The position numbers and the translations under genes are program-made. The notes beneath the pieces are model-generated. The model ran no database searches, was not told the origin of the DNA, and saw only the letters and a program-made list of their open reading frames with translations. A stretch of 32,000 nt of DNA, taken from Telmatocola sphagniphila. GTDB taxonomy: Bacteria > Planctomycetota > Planctomycetia > Gemmatales > Gemmataceae. The DNA is taken from NCBI RefSeq assembly GCF_018398935.1, contig NZ_CP074694.1, forward strand, positions 6,420,001-6,452,000, read 5' to 3'. Positions 8,923 through 16,728 of the stretch are shown piece after piece. Each line of letters opens with the position of its first letter. The first letter of the stretch is position 1.

Positions 8923-8950
8923 TTGTCTGGGTGGGCAGGCGCCATAACAT
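8923..8950 (+). promoter_or_regulatory. Candidate sigma-70-type promoter for the rpmJ-rplQ cluster
   Basis: TTGTCT (8923-8928), a 16-nt spacer, then TAACAT (8945-8950), about 37 nt upstream of the rpmJ ATG. Hexamer resemblance only. Confidence 0.3.
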
Positions 8951-8986
8951 ACATGATTCCTAAAGATTAAGCGATCGAGGTGTATC

Positions 8987-9100
8987 ATGAAAGTGCGATC
9001 TTCCGTGAAGCGCATTTGTGATAAATGTAAGCTGATTAAACGTAAAGGGATCGTTCGCGTAATCTGCGAAGACCCGCGACACAAACAACGTCAAGGCTAA
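8987..9100 (+). CDS. rpmJ: 50S ribosomal protein L36 (zinc-ribbon type)
   Basis: This gene is not in the supplied ORF track because it is too short. My hand translation is [37 protein letters not shown] (37 aa), a canonical L36 with C-x2-C...C-x5-H ligands. GAGGTG lies 4 nt upstream. It is in the canonical position before rpsM. Confidence 0.9.
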   Translation: MKVRSSVKRICDKCKLIKRKGIVRVICEDPRHKQRQG

Positions 9101-9116
9101 TCAGGAGCATCACAAG

Positions 9117-9500
9117 ATGCCGCGTATTCAAGGTGTTGACATACCCAACGATAAGCCAACTCATATCGCACTGCGATATTTGCAGGGTATTGGTCCAACC
9201 ACCGCATTGAGATTGTGCGAGCAGGCCAACATCGATCCCCAGAGACGAGCTCGGGAATTGAATGATGACGATATCGCGAGAATTGCCACGCTATTGGAAC
9301 GCGATTATCTGGTGGAAGGTGCTCTGCGTCGTACGAACGCCCAAAATATTGCGCGTTTGAAAGACATCGGCTGCTATCGCGGCTTTCGGCATCGCCGGAA
9401 TCTGCCTTGCCGCGGCCAGCGGACCAAGACTAACGCCCGTACCCGGAAGGGCCCTCGCAAGACGGTCGCCGGCAAGAAGGGCGTTAAGGAATTGCGATAA
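9117..9500 (+). CDS. rpsM: 30S ribosomal protein S13
   Basis: 127 aa: MPRIQGVDIPNDK...L..I.GIG...A......NIDP..R...L........YLVEG.LRR....NI.RLKDIGCYRG.RHRR.LP.RGQRT.TNART. AGGAG is present upstream. Confidence 0.95.
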   Translation: MPRIQGVDIPNDKPTHIALRYLQGIGPTTALRLCEQANIDPQRRARELNDDDIARIATLLERDYLVEGALRRTNAQNIARLKDIGCYRGFRHRRNLPCRGQRTKTNARTRKGPRKTVAGKKGVKELR

Positions 9501-9508
9501 CTCGGGAT

Positions 9509-9559
9509 CGCCGCTTAGTGCGGCGTGACAGTCGCGCCGCCAGAGCATGGCGGCGTTTT
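9509..9559 (+). promoter_or_regulatory. Attenuator-like four-segment RNA element in the rpsM-rpsK spacer
   Basis: Hairpin 1 pairs CGCCGC (9509-9514) with GCGGCG (9520-9525). Hairpin 2 pairs CGCCGCCA (9535-9542) with TGGCGGCG (9548-9555) and is followed by TTTT (9556-9559). Segment 2 is also complementary to segment 3. Confidence 0.4.
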
Positions 9560-9588
9560 AATTGAAACTACCGCTAACGATTCGAACC

Positions 9589-9969
9589 ATGGCGAAAACC
9601 AAGAAACGTAAAACGCGTCGCAACGTGACTCGGGGGATTGTTCACATCCAATCCACCTTCAATAACACGATTGTGACCATCAGCGACACCAGCGGTGAAA
9701 CGCTTTGCTATGCGTCCGGCGGTACCGTCGGGTTCAAAGGAAGCCGAAAGAGTACCCCGTTCGCGGCTCAACGCGCGGCCGAAACCGCTGCCGACAAAGC
9801 GCAGAAGTACGGCGTCAAGGAAGTCGAGGTTCGCGTCAAAGGCCCCGGGGCCGGTCGCGAGTCTGCCATTACTGCTCTGCAGCAGGCCGGGCTTAACGTA
9901 AAAGTCATCGAAGATGTGACACCCGTTCCGCATAATGGTTGCCGCGCTCCTAAGAAGCGACGCGTCTGA
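9589..9969 (+). CDS. rpsK: 30S ribosomal protein S11
   Basis: The product starts [32 protein letters not shown] and has the typical S11 length. I chose the ATG at 9589 over the TTG at 9562 listed in the track, because that extension overlaps the hairpin spacer. Confidence 0.93.
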   Translation: MAKTKKRKTRRNVTRGIVHIQSTFNNTIVTISDTSGETLCYASGGTVGFKGSRKSTPFAAQRAAETAADKAQKYGVKEVEVRVKGPGAGRESAITALQQAGLNVKVIEDVTPVPHNGCRAPKKRRV

Positions 9970-9980
9970 GAAATTTGGAA

Positions 9981-10071
9981 TCTCCTTCGGGAGATGGATA
10001 TTAGTTGGTTGTCAGTTGTTGGGTCCTTGGTCGAGAGACGGAAGCTGTTCCGTCTACAACTGGCAACTGAC
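9981..10071 (+). promoter_or_regulatory. Structured leader upstream of rpsD (possible S4 autoregulatory site)
   Basis: The first hairpin is TCTCC-TTCG-GGAGA (9981-9994). A long composite stem-loop follows: CAGTTG (10013-10018) pairs with CAACTG (10057-10062), GTCAGTTG (10011-10018) can alternatively pair with CAACTGAC (10064-10071), and the inner hairpin is GACGGAA-GCTG-TTCCGTC (10038-10055). Confidence 0.35.
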
Positions 10072-10124
10072 GGCTAAGTAAAAAACCGGCTTGCCGGACC
10101 AGGGACTATTGGAAAACGAGAAAT

Positions 10125-10757
10125 ATGGCACGATATACAGATCCTGTTTGCAAGCGCTGCCGACGAGAAGGTGTCAAGCTGTTTCTCAAGGGCAGCCGTT
10201 GCTTCTCCCCGAAATGCCCCATCGATCGGGACGCCCCTCCTCCGGGTATGCACGGCTACCGCAAGGGCAAGACGTCGGAATATGGCGTACGTCTCCGCGA
10301 AAAGCAGAAATTGAAATTCTTCTACGGTCTGCTGGAACGACAATTTCGCCGTTATTTCGCTCTGGCTTCCAAGGCGCAGAATACTGGCGAAGAATTGCTG
10401 AGCCTGCTCGAACGCCGTCTCGATAACGTCGTGCACCGCCTGGGTTTTGCCCCCAGCCGTCGCGCCGCTCGAATCATCATTGCACACGGCCACGTACTGC
10501 TCAACGGCAAACCTTGCGATATCCCGAGCGTGATTATGAAGCCGGGTGACGTCGTAAAAGTCAAATCCCGCGATAAGAGTGCCAAGCTCGTACGAGCGAA
10601 CATGCAGGATCGCCAGAATACGATCCCCGATTTTCTGGAAATCATTCCGGGCGAAATTCCGGAAGGGCGATTGATCCGCGTTCCCAGCCGAGGCGATGTT
10701 GACCCGCGCATCTCCGAGATCCGCGAACAGCTCATCATCGAAATTGCTACTCGTTAA
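10125..10757 (+). CDS. rpsD: 30S ribosomal protein S4
   Basis: 210 aa: MARYTDPVCKRCRREGVKLFLKG.RC...KC, followed by the S4 domain LERRLDNVVHRLGFA.SR..AR..I.HGH. Confidence 0.95.
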   Translation: MARYTDPVCKRCRREGVKLFLKGSRCFSPKCPIDRDAPPPGMHGYRKGKTSEYGVRLREKQKLKFFYGLLERQFRRYFALASKAQNTGEELLSLLERRLDNVVHRLGFAPSRRAARIIIAHGHVLLNGKPCDIPSVIMKPGDVVKVKSRDKSAKLVRANMQDRQNTIPDFLEIIPGEIPEGRLIRVPSRGDVDPRISEIREQLIIEIATR

Positions 10758-10843
10758 TCGATTTAACCAACAGTTGGCAGTCTCCGTAATTTCGCGGAGA
10801 CTTTTGGGCGGTAACGCACCATTCTGAACAGGAGATTTACTCC

Positions 10844-11845
10844 ATGCGTATTCGTTGGCGCGGCCTGGAACTTCCGACTCGCGTAGCCTCGGATCGAGCT
10901 ACTTTGACGGACACCTTTGGCAAGTTTTACGCAGAACCGTTCGAACGCGGGCTGGGTATCACTATCGGCAATGCATTGCGTCGCCTCTTGTTGTCCAGCC
11001 TCGAAGGAAGTGCCGTCACCCGGGTTAAGATTCAGGGCGTTCAGCACGAGATCACCAGCTTGCCGGGCGTTGTTGAGGATGTCACGGACATTATCCTGAA
11101 CATCAAGAGCCTGGTTGTTAAAAATACTTCGGATCAGCCGAAAACCATTACCATCAAGCGACACAAAGAAGGTGTCGTCCGAGCGGCTGATATCGAACAC
11201 GATGAAAGTATTCAGATTATTAATCCCGAACACATCATTGCCACACTCACTGGGGATGTGCCTTTCGTCGTCGAACTGACGGTCGAAAACGGTCGGGGTT
11301 ACCAATCGGCCGAAGATCAATTGACCAAGGATCGCGAAGTCGGCGTGATTCCCGTGGATGCCAGTTTCTCGCCCGTGGTCCGCGTGAAATATTCGATCGA
11401 AGAAACCCGCGTCGGACAGAAGACGAACTACGATCGCCTGGTTCTGGAAATTACGACAAACGGGACCACCAGTCCCCAGATGGCCCTGGTCGAATCTTCG
11501 AAGATTCTTCGCAAGCATCTCAACCCGTTCATCGAATATTCCGAACAGGGTACCGAACTGCCTCTGGACGACAAACTCGAAATTGGCTCGACAGCTCAAC
11601 AGGCCGGCGATCCGGAACTGGATCGCAAGCTGAATATGAGCCTGGCCGAGTTGGATCTGTCGGTCCGGGCCACGAACTGCCTGGAATCCGAAGGGATCGC
11701 CACTGTCCGCGATCTTGTGATTCGAAACGAAGAAGAGCTGCTCGAAGTTCGTAACTTCGGGGACACGACGCTGAAAGAAGTTCGACAAAAGCTTTCGGAA
11801 ATCGGTCTGACCCTGGGAATGCGATTACCTACTGCACGACGATAA
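10844..11845 (+). CDS. rpoA: DNA-directed RNA polymerase alpha subunit
   Basis: 333 aa. The N-terminal domain has [34 protein letters not shown]. The C-terminal domain has [21 protein letters not shown]...[23 protein letters not shown] is present upstream. Confidence 0.96.
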   Translation: MRIRWRGLELPTRVASDRATLTDTFGKFYAEPFERGLGITIGNALRRLLLSSLEGSAVTRVKIQGVQHEITSLPGVVEDVTDIILNIKSLVVKNTSDQPKTITIKRHKEGVVRAADIEHDESIQIINPEHIIATLTGDVPFVVELTVENGRGYQSAEDQLTKDREVGVIPVDASFSPVVRVKYSIEETRVGQKTNYDRLVLEITTNGTTSPQMALVESSKILRKHLNPFIEYSEQGTELPLDDKLEIGSTAQQAGDPELDRKLNMSLAELDLSVRATNCLESEGIATVRDLVIRNEEELLEVRNFGDTTLKEVRQKLSEIGLTLGMRLPTARR

Positions 11846-11916
11846 ATGCTGGTGGCACCGGAATAGAACCGGTGCTGGCACCATAAAAAATAAACGCCCA
11901 TTGAGAGATCGGAATC

Positions 11917-12399
11917 ATGAGACACCAACGAGCGGGTCGTAAGCTCGGCCGAAACGCAACTCACCGCCTCGCCATGAAGCGAAACCTGGTGCGTGCGCTT
12001 ATCGAACACGAACGCATTATCACGACGGAACCGAAGGCCAAGGAACTGCGGCCGTTCATCGAACACCTGATCACTCTCGCCAAGCGCGGGATCGTATCGG
12101 GCGATCGCTTGAAACTGCTGCATGCTCGCCGATTGGTTCAGTCGCGACTGGGACCTGTCGCCAAGGCAGAGTTCTACGACAAGGACGAAATGCCTACGGG
12201 CGACACCGTCGTACAAAAGCTGTTCGACGTGATTGCTCCCCGGTATGTAGATCGTCCCGGCGGCTACACTCGAATCATCAAGCGAGCTGAACGACGTTTA
12301 GGTGATGCCGGGAAAACCGCTTTCATCGAACTGCTTAAGGAAGGCGAAACCAAGAAAGCGGTTACGCAAGCTCCCGTGGCACCTAAAGTGGAAGCTTAA
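11917..12399 (+). CDS. rplQ: 50S ribosomal protein L17
   Basis: 160 aa: [51 protein letters not shown] and RPGGYTRI.K...R.GD. Confidence 0.95.
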   Translation: MRHQRAGRKLGRNATHRLAMKRNLVRALIEHERIITTEPKAKELRPFIEHLITLAKRGIVSGDRLKLLHARRLVQSRLGPVAKAEFYDKDEMPTGDTVVQKLFDVIAPRYVDRPGGYTRIIKRAERRLGDAGKTAFIELLKEGETKKAVTQAPVAPKVEA

Positions 12400-12425
12400 T
12401 CGAGCGAATCCCAATTGTAACTTCA

Positions 12426-12451
12426 CCCTGCTTCGGCAGGGATTTTTTTTT
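12426..12451 (+). terminator. Intrinsic terminator after rplQ
   Basis: CCCTGC-TTCG-GCAGGG hairpin (12426-12441), then A and a run of nine T (12443-12451), 27 nt after the rplQ stop. Confidence 0.8.
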
Positions 12452-12474
12452 GCCACTTTGCGTAGAATTAGTGC

Positions 12475-13527
12475 ATGAACTACGATGCACTATCCCGACC
12501 CGCAACGGATCCCGTTACCATCTTCGAACACTTTCGTGGGAATTACGCCACAGAGCTGTTGACTGCGGCGATTGTGGAATTTCAACTCTTCGATAAATTG
12601 CGAACGCCAAAGAATTCCGATCAATTGCGTCAGGAAGTTGGGCTGAAGCCCCGTCCGTTCGTCGTGCTCACAACCGCCTTACGTGCCATGGGACTATTGC
12701 AACTGGATACTCGTGGAGATCTCTCCCTTACCCCGTTAAGTCAAGAGCATCTTCTTCCCGGTGGCAATTTTTTCGTGGGCGATTACGTCGGACTGGCGGC
12801 ACAAAGTCCTGGCGTTCGAGCCATGATCGAACGGTTAAAAACGAATCGTCCCGCTGGCGGAGAAGATAAAAAGGACGGGGCCGCCTTCATCTTCCGTGAA
12901 GGTGTGGAATCGGCCATGGAAGATGAACAGAAAGCCCGGCATCTGACGCTGGCTCTGGCGGGTAGGGCAAAAAACGTGGCCCCGCATTTGGCCGCCAAGT
13001 TAGATTTGACACATGGGGAAACGCTACTGGATATCGGCGGCGGCACCGGAATTTACAGTATCGCCTGCCTGCAAAAGTATCCTCGACTGAAAGCCATCAT
13101 CTACGACCGACCCGAAGTTTTGAAGGTTCCCAGGGAGATGGGTCAAAGCTACGGCGTAGCCGAACGGATGGAATTTGTCTCCGGAGATATGTTCGCGGAT
13201 TCACTGCCCTTGAATGCGAATGTCATCCTGCTCTCGAATATCCTGCACGATTGGGATGTTCCCGAGTGCAGAAGGTTGATCGCGAACTGCGTTAAGGCTC
13301 TTCCGCCGAACGGACAATTGGTAGTGCACGATGTTTTTCTGAATGATGCTCTCGATGGGCCTTTAGCTGTCGCTCTTTATTCGGCGGCACTTTTCACTAT
13401 GACCGAAGGGCGGGCCTATTCGGTCCAGGAATACACCCAGTGGATGACCGAATCGGGATTGCGAGTGAAACCCAAGATCGACACACTGATTCACGCCGGT
13501 TTTCTGACAGGTTTGAAATCCCTTTAG
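12475..13527 (+). CDS. SAM-dependent O-methyltransferase (class I, COMT/Methyltransf_2-like with N-terminal dimerisation domain)
   Basis: 350 aa. SAM motif I is LLDIGGGTGIYS. The post-I acidic residue is in IIYDRP. The later block VILLSNILHDW is typical of this family. The substrate cannot be inferred. Confidence 0.8.
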   Translation: MNYDALSRPATDPVTIFEHFRGNYATELLTAAIVEFQLFDKLRTPKNSDQLRQEVGLKPRPFVVLTTALRAMGLLQLDTRGDLSLTPLSQEHLLPGGNFFVGDYVGLAAQSPGVRAMIERLKTNRPAGGEDKKDGAAFIFREGVESAMEDEQKARHLTLALAGRAKNVAPHLAAKLDLTHGETLLDIGGGTGIYSIACLQKYPRLKAIIYDRPEVLKVPREMGQSYGVAERMEFVSGDMFADSLPLNANVILLSNILHDWDVPECRRLIANCVKALPPNGQLVVHDVFLNDALDGPLAVALYSAALFTMTEGRAYSVQEYTQWMTESGLRVKPKIDTLIHAGFLTGLKSL

Positions 13528-13532
13528 CAAAG

Positions 13533-14408
13533 TTATTCCTCAACGAAATCCAGGGCGATGTCCAGTGAAGTGGCACTATGTGTAATTGCCCCCACACTGA
13601 TGCGATCGACACCGGTCTCTGCAATGGTGCGTACGGAATCTAAATTCACTCCACCACTCGCTTCCAAAAGCGTCTTGCTACCGGCCATATTCCGTTCCTG
13701 CACGGCTATCTGCATATCAGCGGGGGTCATGTTGTCGAGAAGGATAATATCCGGTTTCTCCGGCAACACAGTCCGAAAAACATTCAGATCATCGACTTCA
13801 ATGGTCAAAGATTTGGAATGCTGGATCTCCGCTCGGGCTCTACGTACAGCCAGCACCGCGGCCTCAGCCGGACTGGTATGCAGGGCCGCCAAGTGATTGT
13901 CTTTGATCAGCACGGCGTCGTATAAACCCATCCGATGGTTGGTTCCGCCTCCCATTCGAACTGCGTATTTCTCGAGAAGTCGCCAGCCGGGAGTAGTTTT
14001 CCGAGTATCTAGAATTTTCGCCTGGGTACCGGCCACTTTATCGACGTACTTTCGGGTCAGCGAGGCAACTCCGCTGAGCCGCTGGAGAAAGTTTAGACTA
14101 GTTCGCTCCGCGGCTAGAATGGGAATCGCCGGACCCTTTAAGCGAGCGACTCGTTGACCTGGAGTAACGGCCGTGCCATCGCGAACGAGAAGTTCTAGAT
14201 TCAGATGTTCGAAGATGGCCTGGCAAACCATCTGAGCGATTGGAAGACCGGCAATGACACCCGCTTTGCGAGCCACATAATATGCGGTGGCGGTGGCACT
14301 TTTGGGAACGAACGTGTTCGATGTTATATCCCCGGCTTCACCGAGATCTTCGACGAGACCGAGTAGGATTAGTGAACGAGCCGCATGAATTTCCGCATCA
14401 GTTAGCAT
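13533..14408 (-). CDS. nadC: Nicotinate-nucleotide pyrophosphorylase (quinolinate phosphoribosyltransferase)
   Basis: Motifs GGGTNHRMGLYDAVLIKDNH, ILLDNM and EASGGV. I chose the ATG at 14408 (MLTDAEI...), which avoids overlap with pepT. The track ORF extends to 14459. Confidence 0.9.
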   Translation of the reverse strand: MLTDAEIHAARSLILLGLVEDLGEAGDITSNTFVPKSATATAYYVARKAGVIAGLPIAQMVCQAIFEHLNLELLVRDGTAVTPGQRVARLKGPAIPILAAERTSLNFLQRLSGVASLTRKYVDKVAGTQAKILDTRKTTPGWRLLEKYAVRMGGGTNHRMGLYDAVLIKDNHLAALHTSPAEAAVLAVRRARAEIQHSKSLTIEVDDLNVFRTVLPEKPDIILLDNMTPADMQIAVQERNMAGSKTLLEASGGVNLDSVRTIAETGVDRISVGAITHSATSLDIALDFVEE

Positions 14409-14437
14409 GAAGAATCCTGAGTTTGAACACTCGCCGC

Positions 14438-15682
14438 TTAGGCCTTTTCCTGTCCCCAAAGTTGAACCAGTTCCACAAGCGTCTTACAGGCACTTTCCAT
14501 TTCTTCCAGACAGGTCCATTCTTTGGGTGAGTGAATGTAATGCTCGGCCGTGAATAGGTTTGGGGTCGGTAATCCCTTGGTGGTCAACTGAGAGCCGTCA
14601 GTACCACCGCGAATGCTACCGATGTGGGGCTTAATTCCGATTTTCTCCATTGCTTTGACTGCTAAAGCGACGGCTCTAGGTTCTTTCTTCAAGCCATCGG
14701 CCATATTGCGGTACTGATAATCGACTTTCACATCGATCTTGGCCTGAGGATACTCGAAGACAATCTGTCGGGCGATTTGCCGCAGGATTTCGGCTTCGTC
14801 CATTAGCCGTTCGGTGATGAAATCCCGAAGGAGGATTTCAATCGTCACTTGCCAGACGCTTCCGGATATCTTGTAGGGATGAATGAATCCTTCGCGTCCT
14901 TCCGTGGTTTCTGGCGACAGCAATCGTTGGGGAAGTCGATCGATAAATTTTCCGGCCAGACGCACGGCATTTACCATTTTCCCCTTTCCGATGGAGGGGT
15001 GAATATTCACGCCAGTAATGGTGACGGTGGCTTTATCGGCGGAGAAGGTCTCCGCTTCGATTTCCCCTTCCTTCCCCCCATCGAGAGTGTAGCCGACCAG
15101 CGCATTTAATTCCTTCAGATCGATGTGATCGGTTCCATGGCCGATTTCTTCGTCGCAGGTGAAGCAGATCTTGATCGGGCCGTGCGGAACTTGGGGATTA
15201 TGGACGATCGTACTGGCCATCTGCATGATGACCGCCACACCCGATTTGTTGTCGGAACCCAGTAGAGTTGTGCCGTCGGTGGTGATGATCGTTTTGCCTA
15301 CCAAAGCCTTCAGTTCGGGATCTTCACCCGAGAGGACTTTCGTCGAATCCCCGGGCAGAATGATGTCGCCCCCGGGATAGTTATGGTGTACTATCGGTTG
15401 GACATTTTTGCCCGATGTTTCAGGGGAAGTATCCATATGGGCTAGGAACGCGATCGTTGGCGTGGCCTGCTTCAGATTGGAAGGGATGGTTGCAGTAACT
15501 ATTCCGTGGGAACTCTGTTTGGCATCACCTAAGCCCAGAGCCTTGAGTTCCTCGCAAAGCATTTTACCTAGTACCAGCTGCCCGGGTGAACTCGGATAAG
15601 TTCCCGATCCCTCGCATGCCTCGGTGTCAATGCGGACATAGCGAAGGAAGCGCTCCAGCAGCTGATTTGAATCGATAATCAT
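14438..15682 (-). CDS. pepT: Peptidase T (tripeptide aminopeptidase, M20B)
   Basis: Motifs FLRYVRIDT, AHMDTSPE, TTDGTTLLGSDNKSG, FTCDEEIG, IRGGTDGS and HSPKE. I chose the ATG at 15682 (MIIDSNQ...). The 45-aa upstream extension in the track (to 15817) has no PepT counterpart and would overlap nth. Confidence 0.9.
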   Translation of the reverse strand: MIIDSNQLLERFLRYVRIDTEACEGSGTYPSSPGQLVLGKMLCEELKALGLGDAKQSSHGIVTATIPSNLKQATPTIAFLAHMDTSPETSGKNVQPIVHHNYPGGDIILPGDSTKVLSGEDPELKALVGKTIITTDGTTLLGSDNKSGVAVIMQMASTIVHNPQVPHGPIKICFTCDEEIGHGTDHIDLKELNALVGYTLDGGKEGEIEAETFSADKATVTITGVNIHPSIGKGKMVNAVRLAGKFIDRLPQRLLSPETTEGREGFIHPYKISGSVWQVTIEILLRDFITERLMDEAEILRQIARQIVFEYPQAKIDVKVDYQYRNMADGLKKEPRAVALAVKAMEKIGIKPHIGSIRGGTDGSQLTTKGLPTPNLFTAEHYIHSPKEWTCLEEMESACKTLVELVQLWGQEKA

Positions 15683-15761
15683 CCTCGTCCCCTGTCGTTC
15701 GGACGTCCTGGTTCCAGTCGAAGTAAGTTTGTTATATTCGGCATAATCGGATGACGAGCGT

Positions 15762-16424
15762 TCAGCCTTCCTTCGTCGGGGCGGTTGGGCAGAATTTTCG
15801 CAAAGTGCAGTCTGCACATTTGGGATTCCTCGCCAGACAAATGCGTCGACCGTGAAAGATCATGCGGTGGCTAAAAATCGTCCATTCCTTGGGCGGAAGA
15901 AGCGCCATTAAATCCAGTTCGACCTTTACCGGATCCTCGTGTGTCGTCAACGCCAGACGACGCGATAGCCGGCCCACATGGGTATCAACGGTAATTCCCG
16001 GTATGTCGAAAGCATTTCCCAAAACGACATTGGCCGTCTTTCTGCCGACTCCGGGCAACTGGGTCATTTTGTCTTGATCCGCGGGGACTTCGCCGTCATG
16101 ATCTTTCAATATAGCCTGGCAGCAGGCGATGATGTTTTTGGCCTTATTGCGAAAAAAACCCGTAGAACGGATACAGCTCTCCAGTTCGGGAAGAGAGGCA
16201 TTCGCGAACGCCCGGACATCCGGATACTTTTCGAACAGCGCTGGGGTGACCTTATTCACCTGCACATCGGTGCATTGGGCGGAAAGTATAGTGGCAATGA
16301 GTAGCTGCAACGGGTTCGTAAAATTCAATTCACAATGCGCATCGGGGTATAGCTTGGCTAAAGCCTTCCGTACATGATCGGCCTGAATTTTCTGCGGATC
16401 TGCCTGAGATTTTGGCATGTCCAT
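15762..16424 (-). CDS. nth: Endonuclease III (DNA-(apurinic/apyrimidinic site) lyase)
   Basis: 220 aa. The HhH-GPD region is LPGVGRKTANVVL and VDTHV.R...R. The C-terminal 4Fe-4S cluster motif is C-x6-C-x2-C-x5-C (CLARNPKCADCTLRKFC). Confidence 0.95.
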   Translation of the reverse strand: MDMPKSQADPQKIQADHVRKALAKLYPDAHCELNFTNPLQLLIATILSAQCTDVQVNKVTPALFEKYPDVRAFANASLPELESCIRSTGFFRNKAKNIIACCQAILKDHDGEVPADQDKMTQLPGVGRKTANVVLGNAFDIPGITVDTHVGRLSRRLALTTHEDPVKVELDLMALLPPKEWTIFSHRMIFHGRRICLARNPKCADCTLRKFCPTAPTKEG

Positions 16425-16728
16425 TAAGCCCTGAGTGTAGAATTAAAAATTATTCCCGTTTTTGTAAATCCTACATATTTTCTAAATCGTCTCTCCAAAA
16501 AGGGCATGTTTTTTAGGTTATAGCGGTTGATCCTACCTCGAAACCGGCTTAGCGGATCATTTTCCAGTAGGTTCCGCGGGTCGAGTTCATTTTTGTGATA
16601 CAGCAAGGTAGAGGATTCTAACCGGACTTCTGATGAGCCCGCAACGATTGCGGGTCGGAGAATCGATTTTCACAATCGAAGTCCTGTCACGGAGTGACGG
16701 GAATATTAGCGAGCGAAAGGGCGATGCC

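Noticed and set aside
9575-9592. tRNA-like T-loop sequence GGTTCGAATCG on the minus strand
   Set aside because: The flanking bases do not form a T-stem or an acceptor stem, and the site overlaps the rpsK start region. I saw no tRNA cloverleaf anywhere in the window.
10763-11788. Long antisense ORFs opposite well-supported genes: 341 aa opposite rpoA here; also 22313-23389 (+) opposite gyrB, 2330-3202 (-) opposite the NfeD genes, 24843-25514 (+) opposite the ECF sigma, 29027-29662 (-) opposite metK and 11596-12216 (-) opposite rpoA/rplQ.
   Set aside because: In each case the opposite strand encodes a protein with unmistakable family motifs. The antisense translations are low-complexity, Arg/Gly/His-rich and have no recognisable domains. 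Such shadow ORFs are expected in GC-biased coding sequence.
14409-14459. N-terminal extensions in the ORF track for nadC (to 14459), pepT (to 15817), rpsK (from 9562) and the FG-GAP protein (from 16633)
   Set aside because: The extensions have no counterpart in the respective protein families. They create overlaps with neighbouring genes or structured spacers, and good internal ATG starts align with the conserved N-termini. The internal starts are used in the feature list, and the alternatives are stated there.
16424-16606. 60-aa basic minus-strand ORF whose stop overlaps the nth start (TAATG)
   Set aside because: It has a TTG start, lies in an AT-rich promoter-like region, and has an Asn/Lys/Arg-rich composition typical of translated AT-rich spacer, with no motif. 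The overlap with the nth ATG is probably coincidental.
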